A stretch of 64,000 nt of DNA from Mycoplasmatales bacterium (GTDB lineage Bacteria; Bacillota_I; Bacilli_A; Mycoplasmatales; JABABV01): the NCBI GenBank assembly GCA_965222855.1, contig CBDCUL010000007.1:5343-69342 (forward strand), in the 5' to 3' direction. Below are positions 21,051 through 34,214 of this stretch, piece by piece (within the stretch, counting starts at the first letter, position 1; each line of letters starts with the position of its first letter). Under the pieces are notes generated by a model. The model was not told where the DNA came from. It saw only the letters and a program-made list of their open reading frames with translations, and did no database searches. The position numbers were made by a program, and so were the translations under genes.

Positions 21051-22158
21051 ATGAATAATTATCTAATGCTCGTTATTATTGTTGCTTTATTAATTATTTT
21101 TGGCGGATTCATTTTTTATTTAAATTATAAAAATTTTCAAAAAATGAATGCTTTAAAAATTAATCAGCAACCAATCATAAAATCTGATAACAATAATAAC
21201 CAACAACAAATCGAAAAATTAATTAAAGATTTTGCTACTAATAATCAACAAAATAATTTTGAAAAAAGTAATTTAATGGCGCAAGCTAAAATTAGTGAAA
21301 ACAACTTACGTAATAAAATTAGTGAAATTGAAAAATTAACTAACATGCTTAATAACCAAAAAAGCGATTTAACAAAATCACATAATAAAGTTAAAGAGAT
21401 TAGTGAAAAATATGCAATTTTAGATCGTCAAAAATCACGTCTAACTGTTAAAGAAATTGGTGAAAATTTAGAAAATTGAATTTTAAAAGAATATGCGAAA
21501 CATTCTTATTCATTTACTAATGCCCCACTTACAAAAACTAATAAAACAATTTTAGGCACTAAACCAGATTTCCAATTCATCGTTAACGATGAATTGGACC
21601 ACACCCAATTACTAAAGTCATTATTGAGGCGAAATCACAACGTGATTACGCCAGCAATTCTCCTGGTCAAAGGAATGTTACTCATTTAGAAAAATTAGGC
21701 CGTGACGCCCGTAATTTCAATGCTGACTATGCAATCTTAGTATCAGAATTAGAACTAGTTCAAGATGATTTCTTAATTAAAAAAGTTAATGATCAAAATT
21801 TCAAAAACATGTTCATTATTCGACCGCATTATTTTATTTGCGTTTTTAAACATTGTTCACTTTTGTGCATTGAAACGCCAACACATTGAAAAACGTGATA
21901 TTAAATTACAAGACAAACAAATGATTTTACAAGAGTTTCAAATTTTCAAAGATGGGATTTTCAAAAGATTTTAATAATAATATTAAAAATAATGTTGATA
22001 CGATTTTAAAATCAGCTAATGATATTAAAGTTAAAGCCCAAATTATTGAAAATCGCTCTAATAAAATATTAGATAATATTTTATATCAAATTGAAAACAA
22101 AGTTAAGCGCTACAGCATTGAAAAGCAAGTGCCGACTTTGAAAAAAATAACTAATTAA
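21051..22158 (+). pseudogene. decayed DUF2130/RmuC-like paralog with at least 3 frameshifts
   Basis: Homology to the 19162..20892 product hops between the three forward frames: IGENLENW..KPDFQFIV, then VIIEAKSQRDYASNS..IIRPHYF, then FAFLNIVHFCALKR..FKDGIF, then KDFNNNIKNN..EKQVPTLKKITN*. The coiled coil is much shorter. Confidence 0.6.
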
Positions 22159-22229
22159 AAAATAAGTATAAAAAAACAACTAATCAAATGAGATTAGTTG
22201 TTTTTTATTTTTTAATTAAATATTGAATA

Positions 22230-23183
22230 TTAATTAGGTCAAGCAATCATTAGTTTAATTTCACTATTAATTGGCTTAATAACTAATTCTAATAAATCTG
22301 TTTTTAATAAGATAGCACTCTCACCACGATTAAAAATCGTCTCATTAATTTGAGCACTACCTGCTAATAGCGTAACTGCTAGAAATGGTTTATCAAGCAT
22401 TTCTAAATCATTAATGACAACACTGCTACTGCTAGTTAAGTTAGCTAGTCCAAAATATGGTCCAGCTAATAATTTAGTTAACGTTGCATCGGCTGTAATT
22501 TTTTTAATGATTGGTTTTGGTGTTGTATCGTTATTGAACTGACTAACTGCAATTGACTTTGCAATATGCAATGCTCTGGGCTTGCCATTTTCTAAACGAT
22601 CATAGTCATAAAAGCGATAAGTAATATCACAAGATTGTTGTAATTCATAGACGAGCGTCCCTGCTGTAATAGCATGAATTGTTCCGGCTGGGATATTATA
22701 GAAATCGCCAGCTGTAATTTGGACAACTCGTAAAATCGCATCTCATTTTTTTTGATTAACTAATGTAGTTAGTGTTTTGCGATCTTTGACATATGTGCCA
22801 TAAATTAAATCCTTATTTTGACTATCGATAATATATCAACATTCATCTTTCCCGCGCGCTTGCGGATCATTTTCTAACAATTGTGCTTGGGCATCGTTTG
22901 GATGAACTTGCACTGATAGATTTTTATTAGCATCAAGAATCTTTGCTAATATGGGAAAGTTTTGCGTTTTAGTATAGTTGAACAAAGCTGGGTGATTATT
23001 TCATAATCATTCTAAGCTTTGGCCCCTAAACTGACCACTACTAATCATTGATGATTTATTAGGATAACCCGAAATTACTCAAGCTTCACCAATTTTGACA
23101 TCTTTTGGTAACTTAAAGCCATAGTCACTTAAACGCTGACTACCTCATAATCGCTCTGAAAAATAGGGAGTGATTTTAAACAT
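22230..23183 (-). CDS. manA: mannose-6-phosphate isomerase, class I (cupin type), 317 aa
   Basis: Motifs LSVQVHPND and IPAGTIHAITAG. ATG 23183. Track ORF 22239..22571 is the C-terminal part, and TGA 22239 is read through to TAA 22230..22232. Confidence 0.75.
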
Positions 23184-23199
23184 AATAACCTCGCATTAA

Positions 23200-24378
23200 T
23201 TAATTAGCAATTATTTTAGTAGTAATTTTGGCATTGTCAATTTCAGTTACCGAACTATCACTAGCTTTTCTCTTAGCTTTACGATCATCTAAATATTTAA
23301 ACATTATGATCAATGCAGCTGTAACACAAGAACCGATTAAAATTGTTAATAAATATAATAATCCATAACCATAAGCTGTTGCAGCAATATATGGTTTTAG
23401 TGGATTACCACTAGACACAGCATGTCCAATTGCTCCTACGAAATAAACAATTGGTCCTCCGTGTGCAGCATTATCACCAAACATAAACATTGCAGCAATT
23501 GCTGAAGCAATTGATCCACCGATTACGTTAGCAATAATAAATTTTGGATATTTAACAGCAAATGGGATTGCTCCTTCAGTAATTCCAAACATTCCCATAC
23601 CTAGAGCAGCGGTGGCGTTTGATTCATCCTCTTTATCAAATTTAAGACGGAAGACAAAACGACCTACTAATGTTCCAAGTCCGTTTCCAAGTGGTGGTAC
23701 GGCAATTGCAGCAGCCACCATTCCCATAATTTCGGGCTGACCTTTACCAATATAACTAGCCCCGAGTAAAAAGGCTACTTTATTAATAGGTCCACCCATA
23801 TCGAAGGCGACCATCGCCCCAAGTACTAATCCAACTAAGAATAATAAATTATGAGAAATTAGATGTTCAATTCCTGATTTAATTCCAGTTGATAGTTGGT
23901 ATAATGGTCAATAACCAAAGAAAGAAAAGAATAATCATCCAACTAAAGTAAATAAAATTGGAATAATAATAATTGGTTCGATTGGTTTCATAACTGCGGG
24001 CATTTTCACGATATGATATCAATATTTAACACCGTAACCGATTAAGAAACCGATTGCAATGGCACCGAAGAATCCAGCATGAGCGGGATTATCTTGACTA
24101 AAGTGGCCAAAAGTTCCAGCTTTTCAATTATATAAAACCATGTCAGTTCATTTTTGGCCGTTAGGACCGACGTAGTCTCCACTACCATTCCCAATGACCA
24201 TCGATAAGATCATCGTTGGGGCAATCGCTGAGCGACCACCAATTGAGTTGGCAATGTATCCACCCAAAATTGGAATCATTAATGTAAATCCAGTAACCCC
24301 AATAATGTTAATAACATTTCAAAAAGAATTATTAAATTGTCATTGATGAGTTTTGCCTATCAATGTGAGCACCAATTC
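23200..24378 (-). CDS. fruA: PTS fructose-family EIIC, main part; in a different frame from the upstream EIIA-EIIB segment
   Basis: This frame contains track ORF 23200..23814 and is open up to an in-frame TAG at 24379..24381. Sequence IPILGGYIANSIGGRSAIAPTMI ... AFDMGGPINKVAF is typical of EIIC(Fru). Confidence 0.6.
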
Positions 24379-25369
24379 CTAGCGAAATTGCTAATAACAA
24401 TCCCCCACAAACAACGAAGGGAATCATATAAGAAACTCCCGACATTAAATGTTGCATTGGTCCAGTTTTTGATTTTTGACGCTGGCGCTGAATAAATGAA
24501 TTACTGTCATCATCAGACCCACCATCATTAGGTGATAAACTATTATCAATTGGCGCTTTTAATGCTTCAATAAATAATTTTTTAGCATCTTTTAATGGGT
24601 CAGCTACTTTCGCATATAAAACTCGTTTACCAGCGAAGCGCTCCAATCCCTCAACATTAACATCAGCAGCAATAATAACCGCATCAGCAGCTGCTATATC
24701 AGCTTCCGTTAGACGTGTTCCGATACCTTCGGCACCTTGGGTTTCAATTTTGACTTTGTAACCAAGCGATTCACCAACTGTTGTTAGCTTTTTAGCAGCC
24801 ATAAAAGTATGGGCAATTCCTGTTGGACAAGAAGTGATTCCAACAAATGATAATTGTTTTTTATTTGTTGACACTTTTTTGTCACTAGTTACCATTTTCT
24901 TTTTCGGTGAGTTAGCAACTTTGTTAATTAAATCTGCTAATTTATTAACATCATTTAATTCTTTTAAATTCTTACGAAAATTTTCATCAATTAATTCAGT
25001 AGATAGTTTAGCTAAGATTGATAAGTAATCAAAATTAGACCCAGTTTTACCGGGAATTAAAATCGCAATTGCAATTTTAGTAGGTTTTCCATCCATTGAT
25101 TTTCAATTAATTGCTTTTTTGAATTGTAATAAGAAAATTGCTGGTTTTAAATTAGCTGTTGTTTTAGCATGTGGAATCGCAATTCCATCTTCAAAACCAG
25201 TCGTTGATAGCGCTTCACGAGCAATGAACGCTTCAATTAAACTGTCTTCGTTATTACAAAAACCAAGTTCTTTTGCTTTAGCAGCAATTAATTTAAAAAC
25301 GTCATGTTTATTATTAACATCAACATTTAAAAAAACTTGATTATGATTAATTAAATTCATTTTTTTCAA
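24332..25369 (-). CDS. fruA: PTS fructose-family EIIA-EIIB plus the first TM of EIIC, ending prematurely at TAA 24332..24334
   Basis: EIIA His motif GIAIPHAK and EIIB Cys motif GITSCPTGIAHTFMAA. Track ORFs 25103..25369 and 24332..25096 join through TGA. The C-terminal VSYMIPFVVCGGLLLAISLGIG is the start of EIIC. Confidence 0.65.
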
Positions 25370-25704
25370 ATCTCCTTTTCAAATTTTTTGTGTTTCAAAT
25401 TCACATTTTAAATTTTGGTCTTAAAATAGACCACAAATACATTGTATAGCAATTTTGACAAAAAAAATAAAAAATTATTATTATTTAATAATTTTTTATT
25501 TTTTATTTTTGTAATATACTACAAATATTCGCTTGTTACGATTGCATTAAAGTGGTTTTATTAATAATATTAACTAATTTTTTACCTTAATTATTATAAA
25601 TATTTTTAAGTAGTAACTTATTGATGTAAGACAATTAATTTTTAAAATAAGTAAAGATCTTTTCAGTTAAATAAAATTAATTAGGAAATCATCAATAACT
25701 TAAC

Positions 25705-27171
25705 TTACTTGATTTTTAGTGCTGTTTTAACTACAGGATTGTTATTAATAGTTTTATTTTGACGATATCTTTTTCAGAAAAATTCGACAAATAATCATAT
25801 TGTAGTAATAATTATCGTTGATAATATTAATGTTCAAAAAGCAATGCGATGATATTTACCATCCGCACTTACATCAACATTATATAATGAATAAATTTTA
25901 TAACCAGTTAATAAGAAACACATACTAAAACTAAATAAGGCTCAGAAAACTAAACCTTTAACCCGGACTGTTGGTTGTGCTTTTTTCGTAAAGCGATTTA
26001 CATAAGTGAAGAGGGCGATCACTCCAAATCATAAATAAAACGAACAAGTCATCCCAGTAATTAAATCACTGAAAAAGTCATTTTTAGAAATTAAGAAAAT
26101 ACTCATTAAACCAACGCTTCAAGTTAAATTCATAATTAACATTGCGATTGCACTTCGCGTTGGCATATTATTTTTATTCTCTTTTTCAAAATCAATAAAC
26201 TTTGGTAAAAGTTTGTGATTTTGTAACGTTTGAAAAATTCGTGTACCTGTATAAGAATTAGCATTTAGCGCAACTAATGAAGAAAGCGCAAATAATAAAT
26301 ACATTGTTTTGTTTAATCAAGGTTGATTGAATTTAATCGTTCCACCAACACTAATTTGTAAAGCGGCATATATGAATAAAACAAAGATAACAATAACAGC
26401 TAGAGTTGAAAAAATCATTACACGCCCAACATTACGTTCAGAGTTTTCAATATTTTTACCTAGACGAATCGCGTAATAGAAGCCATCAAAAATAAAGAAT
26501 GACGCCACTGTTCCAAGCAAGATTGCTTTTAATCAAGTGCCAATGCCAATGTTAGTTATACTATCATCGAACTTAAATGGATGGTTTCAAAAACCAGTAC
26601 GATTACTAACAATAATTCCAAAAATAATTACTCCGAACAAAGGAATTAATTTGACAATTGTGCCAATAATTTGAAATCATTTCCCAAAATGAAATGAAAA
26701 AATATGGATTAGTGAGAAACTACCAACGCTAATAATCCCGCACAACGCGATGAAAGTAGTGTGGCCCGTCGTATTAATAATATCAACACCATGCGTATTA
26801 ATGATGAAAGAACTATCAGTACTAAAAAATACAGGAATTAAAAATTGACCAAATAAATAACCCATAAAAGTGGCCGAGAAAGGACTAGTTATCATTGCTA
26901 AATTAATTGCTAAATAACTGCCCAGCGGTCGTCCAACTAAGCCCCGCATTCAAACAGGCATAAAAACATTACCTGAAAAACTCGAGTTTACTTCTTTAAA
27001 ACACTGGGCAAGAGCAATAACAATAAAGCCCCCAATCCCAATAACAACTAATGTTAACCAAGCGTTATGAGTTTCTTTACTAATTAAATAAGCAGAATAG
27101 AATGCTCCACTACCGATGACGATCCCTAAGGTAAATATTGTAGCTTGTCAGACTTTGAATTGTTTTTTCAT
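25705..27171 (-). CDS. APC-superfamily amino-acid permease, copy 1, 488 aa
   Basis: Track ORFs 26119.., 26317.. and 26677.. share one frame with ATG 27171 (MKKQFKVWQATIF...). About 12 TM segments. I scanned the frame for TAA/TAG down to TAA 25705..25707. Confidence 0.6.
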
Positions 27172-27388
27172 AATTTTATCAAGTTTCCTTTTTAAATTTG
27201 CGAAATATTGCTTTTTACAATTGAGTGCTTGCGTTAGCAAACGCAACACTACTTTGATAATTTTATCATTAATTATTAATCATAAGTTGTCTAATGCTTG
27301 CTTGTATATTATATTCTAAAGTGTTTTTATAAATGACGCAAAAAAAAAATAAAAAATTATTATTATTTAATAATTTTTTATTTTTTTG

Positions 27389-27829
27389 TTATTTTTTATT
27401 TTTTTTGTAATAGGCGGCGCGCATTTGTTTCATATTATCAAATTGATCCAATTTAATATGATTAAACTGGTCTAATTTATTAATATCATTTAATAATTTT
27501 TCAACGTTTTCACCAAAACCAAAATTAATTTTACGCTGAATGCTCAGCGTTTGTTTTTGTTTGGCAATTTGGGGTTGTACAACAATTGGTTTTTTAAGTG
27601 TTGATTTTAATTTAGCAATTTCACCTTTAGTTTTGAAAAACTTAATCATTAAAAAACCACGAACTCAAAAATTAGGCGGCACATAGATTATCAAATCAAT
27701 TGATTTGATATCAATTGGGTAACCTTCATTTTCGTTTTGTCAAAATGTTTTAATTAATATTTGGTTATGTTCTTGATCGATAAACAGATTACGAAATGCG
27801 GCATAGCTATATCTTTCCATTGATATCAT
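27389..27829 (-). CDS. hypothetical protein, 146 aa, inserted between permease copies
   Basis: AAAGGAG RBS plus ATG 27829. Track ORF 27389..27649 extended upstream through two TGA codons. Lys-rich C-terminus. TAA 27389..27391. Confidence 0.45.
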
Positions 27830-27850
27830 ATCTCCTTTAATTAAATTATT

Positions 27851-29296
27851 TTATTTTTTAATTTCTGATAATGCTAATTGTTTGGTTTGATATTTAATTT
27901 TTGCTAAATAAATTTTTTCACGATAGTAACCTCAACCTAGTTCTAATACTAATCATAAACTAAAGACCGATGCATTAGCAACAATTAATGTTCAAAATGG
28001 CATTTGATTTGCGTTAGTATATAGTTTAAAGATTTTGTATCCCGTTAAAAGGACGCACATTGAAAAAGCACAAGTTGCTCAAAAAGCAAGACCTTTAACA
28101 CGGACTTCCGTTTTAATCCGTTTTGTAAAACGATTGATTAAAGCGGAAAAGGCAATGACCCCAAATCAAAAATAGAAAATTGAAGTCATTCCAGTAATTA
28201 AACTATTAAAAAAGTTATATCTAGTTGTTACTAAAATTGTAAATAGAGTAACTGATCAAATTAAATTTAAAATTAGCATTGCAACAGCGCTCTTAATTGG
28301 CATATTGTTATGATTATCTTTCGTAAAATCAATAAACTTTGGTAAGAGGTGATTAAGTTGCAATGTTTTGAAAATTCGCGCTCCTGTATAAGTTGTCGCA
28401 TTAAGTGCCACTAGGCCAGTTAATGCTAAAAATAAGTAGAGTGTTCTTGTTAGTCATGGTTTTGTAAATGAAACATTACCAGTTAAATTAATTTGTAACA
28501 TTGCATAAATTAATAATACAAAAATTGCAATTAAAATTGAAACTGAAATAATCATTACGCGACCAACGTTGCGTTTTGAATCTTCGATGTTTTTACCAAG
28601 GCGCATCGCGTAGTAGAATCCTTCAAATGTTAAAAATGAAGCGACTGTTCCAAGTGATAGTGCTTTTAGTCAAGTTCCTACGCTAGCGTGACTAACGCTA
28701 GCGTCGAACTTAAATGGATTGTTTCAAAATCCACTATGATTACTCATTGCAAACCCAATGACAATTATTCCTACTAAAGGAATTAATTTGATAATTGTGC
28801 CAATAATTTGAAATCATTTTCCAAAATGAAATGAAAAAATGTGAATAATTGAGAAGAAGGCAACCGCACCAATTGCTAAAAAGGCAACAAAGTCTAAGTG
28901 ACCTAAAACATTAATATGACCATTAGCTAAAAAAGCACTATTATGGCTAAAGAAAACTGGGATCAAATATTGGGCAAATAAATAAGCCATAAAAGTTGCT
29001 ACAAATGGACTTGCTTTAATTGATAAACTAATTGATAAATAGCTCCCTAGTGGGCGACCAACTAAGCCACGCATTCAAACGGGCATAAAAGCATTTCCTT
29101 CAAATCCGGAATTAATTTCTTTGAAACATTGCGCTAATGCAAAGACAATAAATCCCCCAATTCCAATTACCAAGACTGATAACCAGGGATTGTGAGTACT
29201 ATTGGTAATTAAGTTAGCTGAGTAAAATGCGCCCCCACCTAAAACAATTCCTAAAACAAAGATAACAGCTTGTCATACTTTGAATTGTTTTTTCAT
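27851..29296 (-). CDS. APC-superfamily amino-acid permease, copy 2, 481 aa
   Basis: ATG 29296, the same N-terminus MKKQFKVWQAVIF, track ORF 28814..29074 in frame, TAA 27851..27853. Confidence 0.6.
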
Positions 29297-29325
29297 AATA
29301 AATATCCTCTTTCTTTTTTCGTTAA

Positions 29326-30780
29326 TTATTTATTAGTAGATATTATTTTAATAGTGTTACTTTTAGATTGAATTGTTTTTGTTTGTTTATATTGTTTTCA
29401 AAAAATTTCTAAACAAGATCATAATACAAAAACAATTAATGTTGAAATAATTAATGTTCAAAAAGCAGTTCGATGATATTTTCCATCATCACTAATTTTA
29501 ACATCATATAATGAATAAATTTTATAACCAGTTAATAATAAACACATACTGAAACTAAAGATTGCTCAAAAAGCTAAACCTTTAACACGGATTTCAGGAT
29601 GAATTTTTTTCGTAAAACGATTTATGTAAGTGAATAATGCAATTATTCCAAATCATAAATAAAACGAACAAGTCATCCCAGTAATTAAATTACCAAAGAA
29701 GTCATGTTTATAAATTAAAAATATGCTCATTAAAGTTACTGATCAAATTAAGTTCATTACTAACATCGCAACTGCACTACGCATTGGCATATTGTTTTTA
29801 TTTTCTTTTTCAAAATCAATAAACTTTGGTAAAAGTTTGTGATTTTGAAGCGTTTGAAAAACACGTGTTCCTGTGTAAGTTGTCGCATTTAGCGCAACTA
29901 TTGAAGATAGGGCAAATAATAGATACATAACGATATTCATTCACTCTTTATCAAAATTAATAGTTCCACCAGCATTAATTTGTAAAGCGGCGTAAACGAA
30001 TAAAATAAAAATCGCGATTAAAGCAATTGATGCAAAAATCATTACGCGACCAACGTTGCGTTTCGGATTTTCAATGTCTTTTCCAATACGCATTGCGTAG
30101 TAAAAACCATCGAATGTAAAGAATGAAGCAACTGTTCCTAAAGAAATTGCTTTCATTCATGTCCCAAAAGTGATATTAGTTACGCCTGAGTCGAATTTGA
30201 ACGGATGATTTCAAAAACCACTTCGATTACTAATAAATATTCCAAAAATAATTACTCCAAATAAAGGAATTAGTTTGAATCCTGTGCCAATAATTTGAAA
30301 TCATTTTCCAAAATGAAATGAAAAAATATGGATTAATGAAAATAAACTCACACTTCCAATGGCAAACAACGTAATAAACGTCGTGTGACCAGTTGTGTTA
30401 ATAGCTCCATTAGCAAAAGCACTGCTTTTGCTAAAAAATACTGGGATCAAATATTGGGCAAATAAATAACCCATAAAAGTCGCCACAAATGGACTAGCAA
30501 CAATTGCTAAATTAATTGCTAAATAACTTCCAAGTGGGCGCCCAACTAAGCCGCGCATTCACACGGGCATAAAGACATTTCCTTTAAAACTCGAATTTAC
30601 TTCTTTAAAACATTGCGCTAATGAGATGACAATAAATCCACCAATCCCAATAACGACTAATGATAGTCAAGCATTGTGGGTTGCTTTACTAATTAAATAT
30701 GCTGAATAAAAAGCTCCACTTCCAATAACTAAACCAAGCACAAAAATCGTGGCTTGTCATACTTTAAATTGTTTTTTCAT
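29326..30780 (-). CDS. APC-superfamily amino-acid permease, copy 3, 484 aa
   Basis: ATG 30780. Track ORFs 29743.., 29941.. and 30301.. are all in frame. TAA 29326..29328. Confidence 0.6.
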
Positions 30781-30817
30781 AATTAATAAATTTCCTTTTT
30801 TAAATTTTATTTAAATA

Positions 30818-31783
30818 TTATATTTTGTGAAAATTTGATTTTATCATTAGTTGGTTGATTAAATCAGTGTACTCTTTTTTGTAATTATCAAAAACAGTAC
30901 CATGTGATCCTTCATCAACTAATAAAGTTAACTTAATCCCTTTGTGATGTTTATGTAATGATTTTGAATGCATCACTGGAACAAAATGGTCTTTATGAGA
31001 ATGAACAATTAAAAAAGGAATTCTTTCAATAATTTTAATATCACGCACTTTATTGAAGAGTCCTAAAAAGAACCCTTCGCGAAAGAAAGTAATAATTGAT
31101 GCACCATAATATGAGCAAAAAACTGGATATTTAAAATAAGTTTTTAGCACATGTTTTACTTGTTTACGTAAGTTTAAATAACCTGAATCAAAAACAACAA
31201 ATTCTGGTCTTAAAGTATCGTGGTATTTAATGGCATAGCGCAACACAGTTGCGGCCCCCATTGAAATACCAGCAATCCCAAATTTTTCAATATCTAATAA
31301 TTTAACAAAATGCTTAATAATAATATAAAGGTCTTCTGTTTCACGAAAACCAAGTGATAATTTACCATCAATCCCGTTTTGACCACGGGCATTATAAACG
31401 ATCACATTAACACCAGCATTTAAATATGGTTCCACAATATTTAAATTAGTTTCAATATTACCAGTTCAGCCATGATGGACAAAAACAAATTTTTTCGCTT
31501 TAATGTCAGCATAGAAAATTTTTCCAATCACAGTTACATTATCAGTGACACGTAATTTGAACGTTTCTTTTTGAATGTTAGTTCATAATCGATAATCAAT
31601 ATTTTGCTGTGATTGAATTTTGGCAATTCGTTCAACACTATTCATATCATTTGGTAAATAAAAGGCTCATTTATATCAACGATAACCATAAACAAAATTC
31701 ATCACAATTGGATAAATTATCGTAATTGATAATAAATAGTCTAAATAGATGCGTCATTTTTTACGCGGTTTGATTCCTTGCAT
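30818..31783 (-). CDS. alpha/beta-fold hydrolase with N-terminal membrane anchor, 321 aa
   Basis: GGAGG RBS plus ATG 31783. Nucleophile elbow GISMGA, and downstream D and H candidates (VFDSGY, SHKDH). Confidence 0.6.
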
Positions 31784-31818
31784 ATTTTTTTACTCCTCCA
31801 CATTTAGATAACTAATGA

Positions 31819-34209
31819 TTATTCCCTAATTTGAGCTGGAATATTATTAGTTACATAATCAACAATTTTATGTAGGATTATTTCTAAATCTTTTTTATTA
31901 TATGTTGTTGTTGTTTGAGTGATTCAATATTTAACACTTAAAACTTTTTGGTGCTGATTTTTTAATGTTTCATCTTGATAAAAATCAAAAATAGTTACAT
32001 CGGCTATCGCAACGTCCGGCGTTGCTTTTATTAGATTTATTAGTTCTCCAGCTAATAAATCAGCATGCACGACAAATGAAATATCGCGCTCAATTTGAGC
32101 TAATTTAGAAACTGCAGCAATATAAATTGGTTTCCGTAATTCAAATAAAGCATCTAGGTCCAAACTAATAATGATTGGACTAAATTTATTATAAAAATTC
32201 GGATGAGGTTTTCCAAGATAACCAATCACTTGTTGGTTAATTAGAATTACCGCTGAAGTCCCAGGATGAAAGTGAGGGTGATTCGTTAACGGTTGATAGC
32301 TTACTTGCTCAATTCCTTGAGTTGCAATTATCGCATTAACTAATCCTTTAGCAGTATAAAAATTATTACTTAATGATAAGTCATTAAAGAGACTACTTTT
32401 AACAAGATCACCATTAATTACTAATGATAGATGACGTGTTGCTTGACGATCGCCATAATAAACGTTTGATATTTCAAACAAATTAACATCTTTAGCATAG
32501 TTATTAGCATTGTATTCTAAAATATTTAATAATGAACGAATTAATGATAGACGCATTACTTGATGTGATGAAGATAATGGGTCTTTAATTCTAATTGGAT
32601 TTTGATAATTAAAAATATCAAAATCAGCTAAGTTAGTTTCGCTAACTAAGCTATAAGTTTTCGTATTATAAATATTTTGGCCACTTAATAGACGCATTAG
32701 TTGTTGTTCTCATAAATAACGTGCATCAGGATAAGTGTTTTCTTCATTACCAATTGGTGCTAAAACTTTAATTGTATCGTAATTTAGCATTCTAATAAAT
32801 TCGGCAATTAAGTTGACATCTAGTTCAATATCTTGACGATATTGCGGCGCACTAATACTTAAGTTGTTATTTGTTAGTTTAATGTTAAATCCTAAACGTT
32901 CAAGATGTGTGATTGCGTCTGTTCAATCTTGGGAATAACCTAAAAAACTATTTAATTTAGCAATGCTAATCTTAAATGTTTTTGGTTTAGCTATTTTTGG
33001 TTTAATACCAACAATATTAGAAATAGTGATTGTTGGACTAATCTGACTTAATAAATTAATGAATAAACTCAAACTATCAGCAATTGTTGCTGCGTTAGTG
33101 CCTTTGGCATGTTGATTAAGATTATTATTTAAGTTATTAAATGATTTAATATATTGGCGCGCTATTAAATTACTATAGCTACTAGAACTAATTAATAATT
33201 TAGTAGATTTGGCATCATGCATAAATGCTAAATTATTAATTGATGCCCCAATTGCTAAAATATCACTATGATTTTTTAGGACTACTTTATTGCTAAATTG
33301 ATGGGCTAATAATTGATTACTTAAATCTAATTGATAATTTTTAGGATCGTTAATAATTTCTAAATCAAAATTATTAACTTTATGAGCATCTAAAATATCA
33401 ATTGGATTTCCAGTTAAATTGTTAACATAATTAGCTAAATCAGTAATTAAATCAACTGATTTAATATTAATCCCAATTAAATATTTAACTAGTCATCAAG
33501 GTGATGGCAGTGCTTGATAATTATCGATGATGACATTACTATATGCATAGTAATCGGGCGTCTTAATTTTAATTGTTGTGGGGTTTTTAAATGCCGCTAG
33601 CGGCACTTTTTTAAATGTTGGTAATAGTAATGGTTTATTTAATGATGCGCCTAATTCAAGGCCAACATTAAATAAACAATGCATATCACTACGATCAGCT
33701 AAAATTGCTAATTCAATAAAAGCAGCATCTAATTCTAAATGAGCTAGTGCTGAATTACCTAAAAATTTATCAGCACATTCAAAAAGGAAAATACCATCTT
33801 GTTGCTCAGCTCCTAAATTAGCACTACTAATGCCAATTTCACTTAAACTACAAAGCATTCCGGCTGATTCGACACCCCGAATTTCACTAATTTTAATAGT
33901 TAGTTTTGGTAGTTTAGCTCCTGGTAGCGCAACGATAACATTAGCATCAAGCTTGACATTAGGCGCTCCACAAATAATTTGTTGAATTTGGTCTTGGTTA
34001 ATTTTAACTTGGCAAATATTTAAGCGTGATGCATTAGGATGTTTTGTAATTGAGATGATTTTCCCAACTACTAATTTATCACTAACTATTGAGCTTAAAT
34101 GATAAGTTTCTTCAACTTCAAAACCTAACTGATTAAAAGCGTTACTCGCTTTTTCTAAAGTTAGATTTGTTGCTAAAAGTTGGTTGATTTTTGATAAACT
34201 AAAACGCAT
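31819..34209 (-). CDS. pheT: phenylalanine--tRNA ligase beta subunit, 796 aa
   Basis: N-terminal tRNA-binding domain (VVGKIISITKHPNASRLNICQV). Track ORFs 33496.., 32923.. and 31924.. are in one frame. TGA 31924 is read through to TAA 31819..31821. Confidence 0.85.
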
Positions 34210-34214
34210 TGGTA

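Noticed and set aside
31819-34209. Apparent fragmentation of pheT and many other genes into 2-6 pieces, considered as evidence of genome decay.
   Set aside because: All breaks are TGA codons at positions where homologs continue. Reading TGA as Trp restores full-length proteins. Only fruA and the 21051..22158 paralog need real frameshifts.
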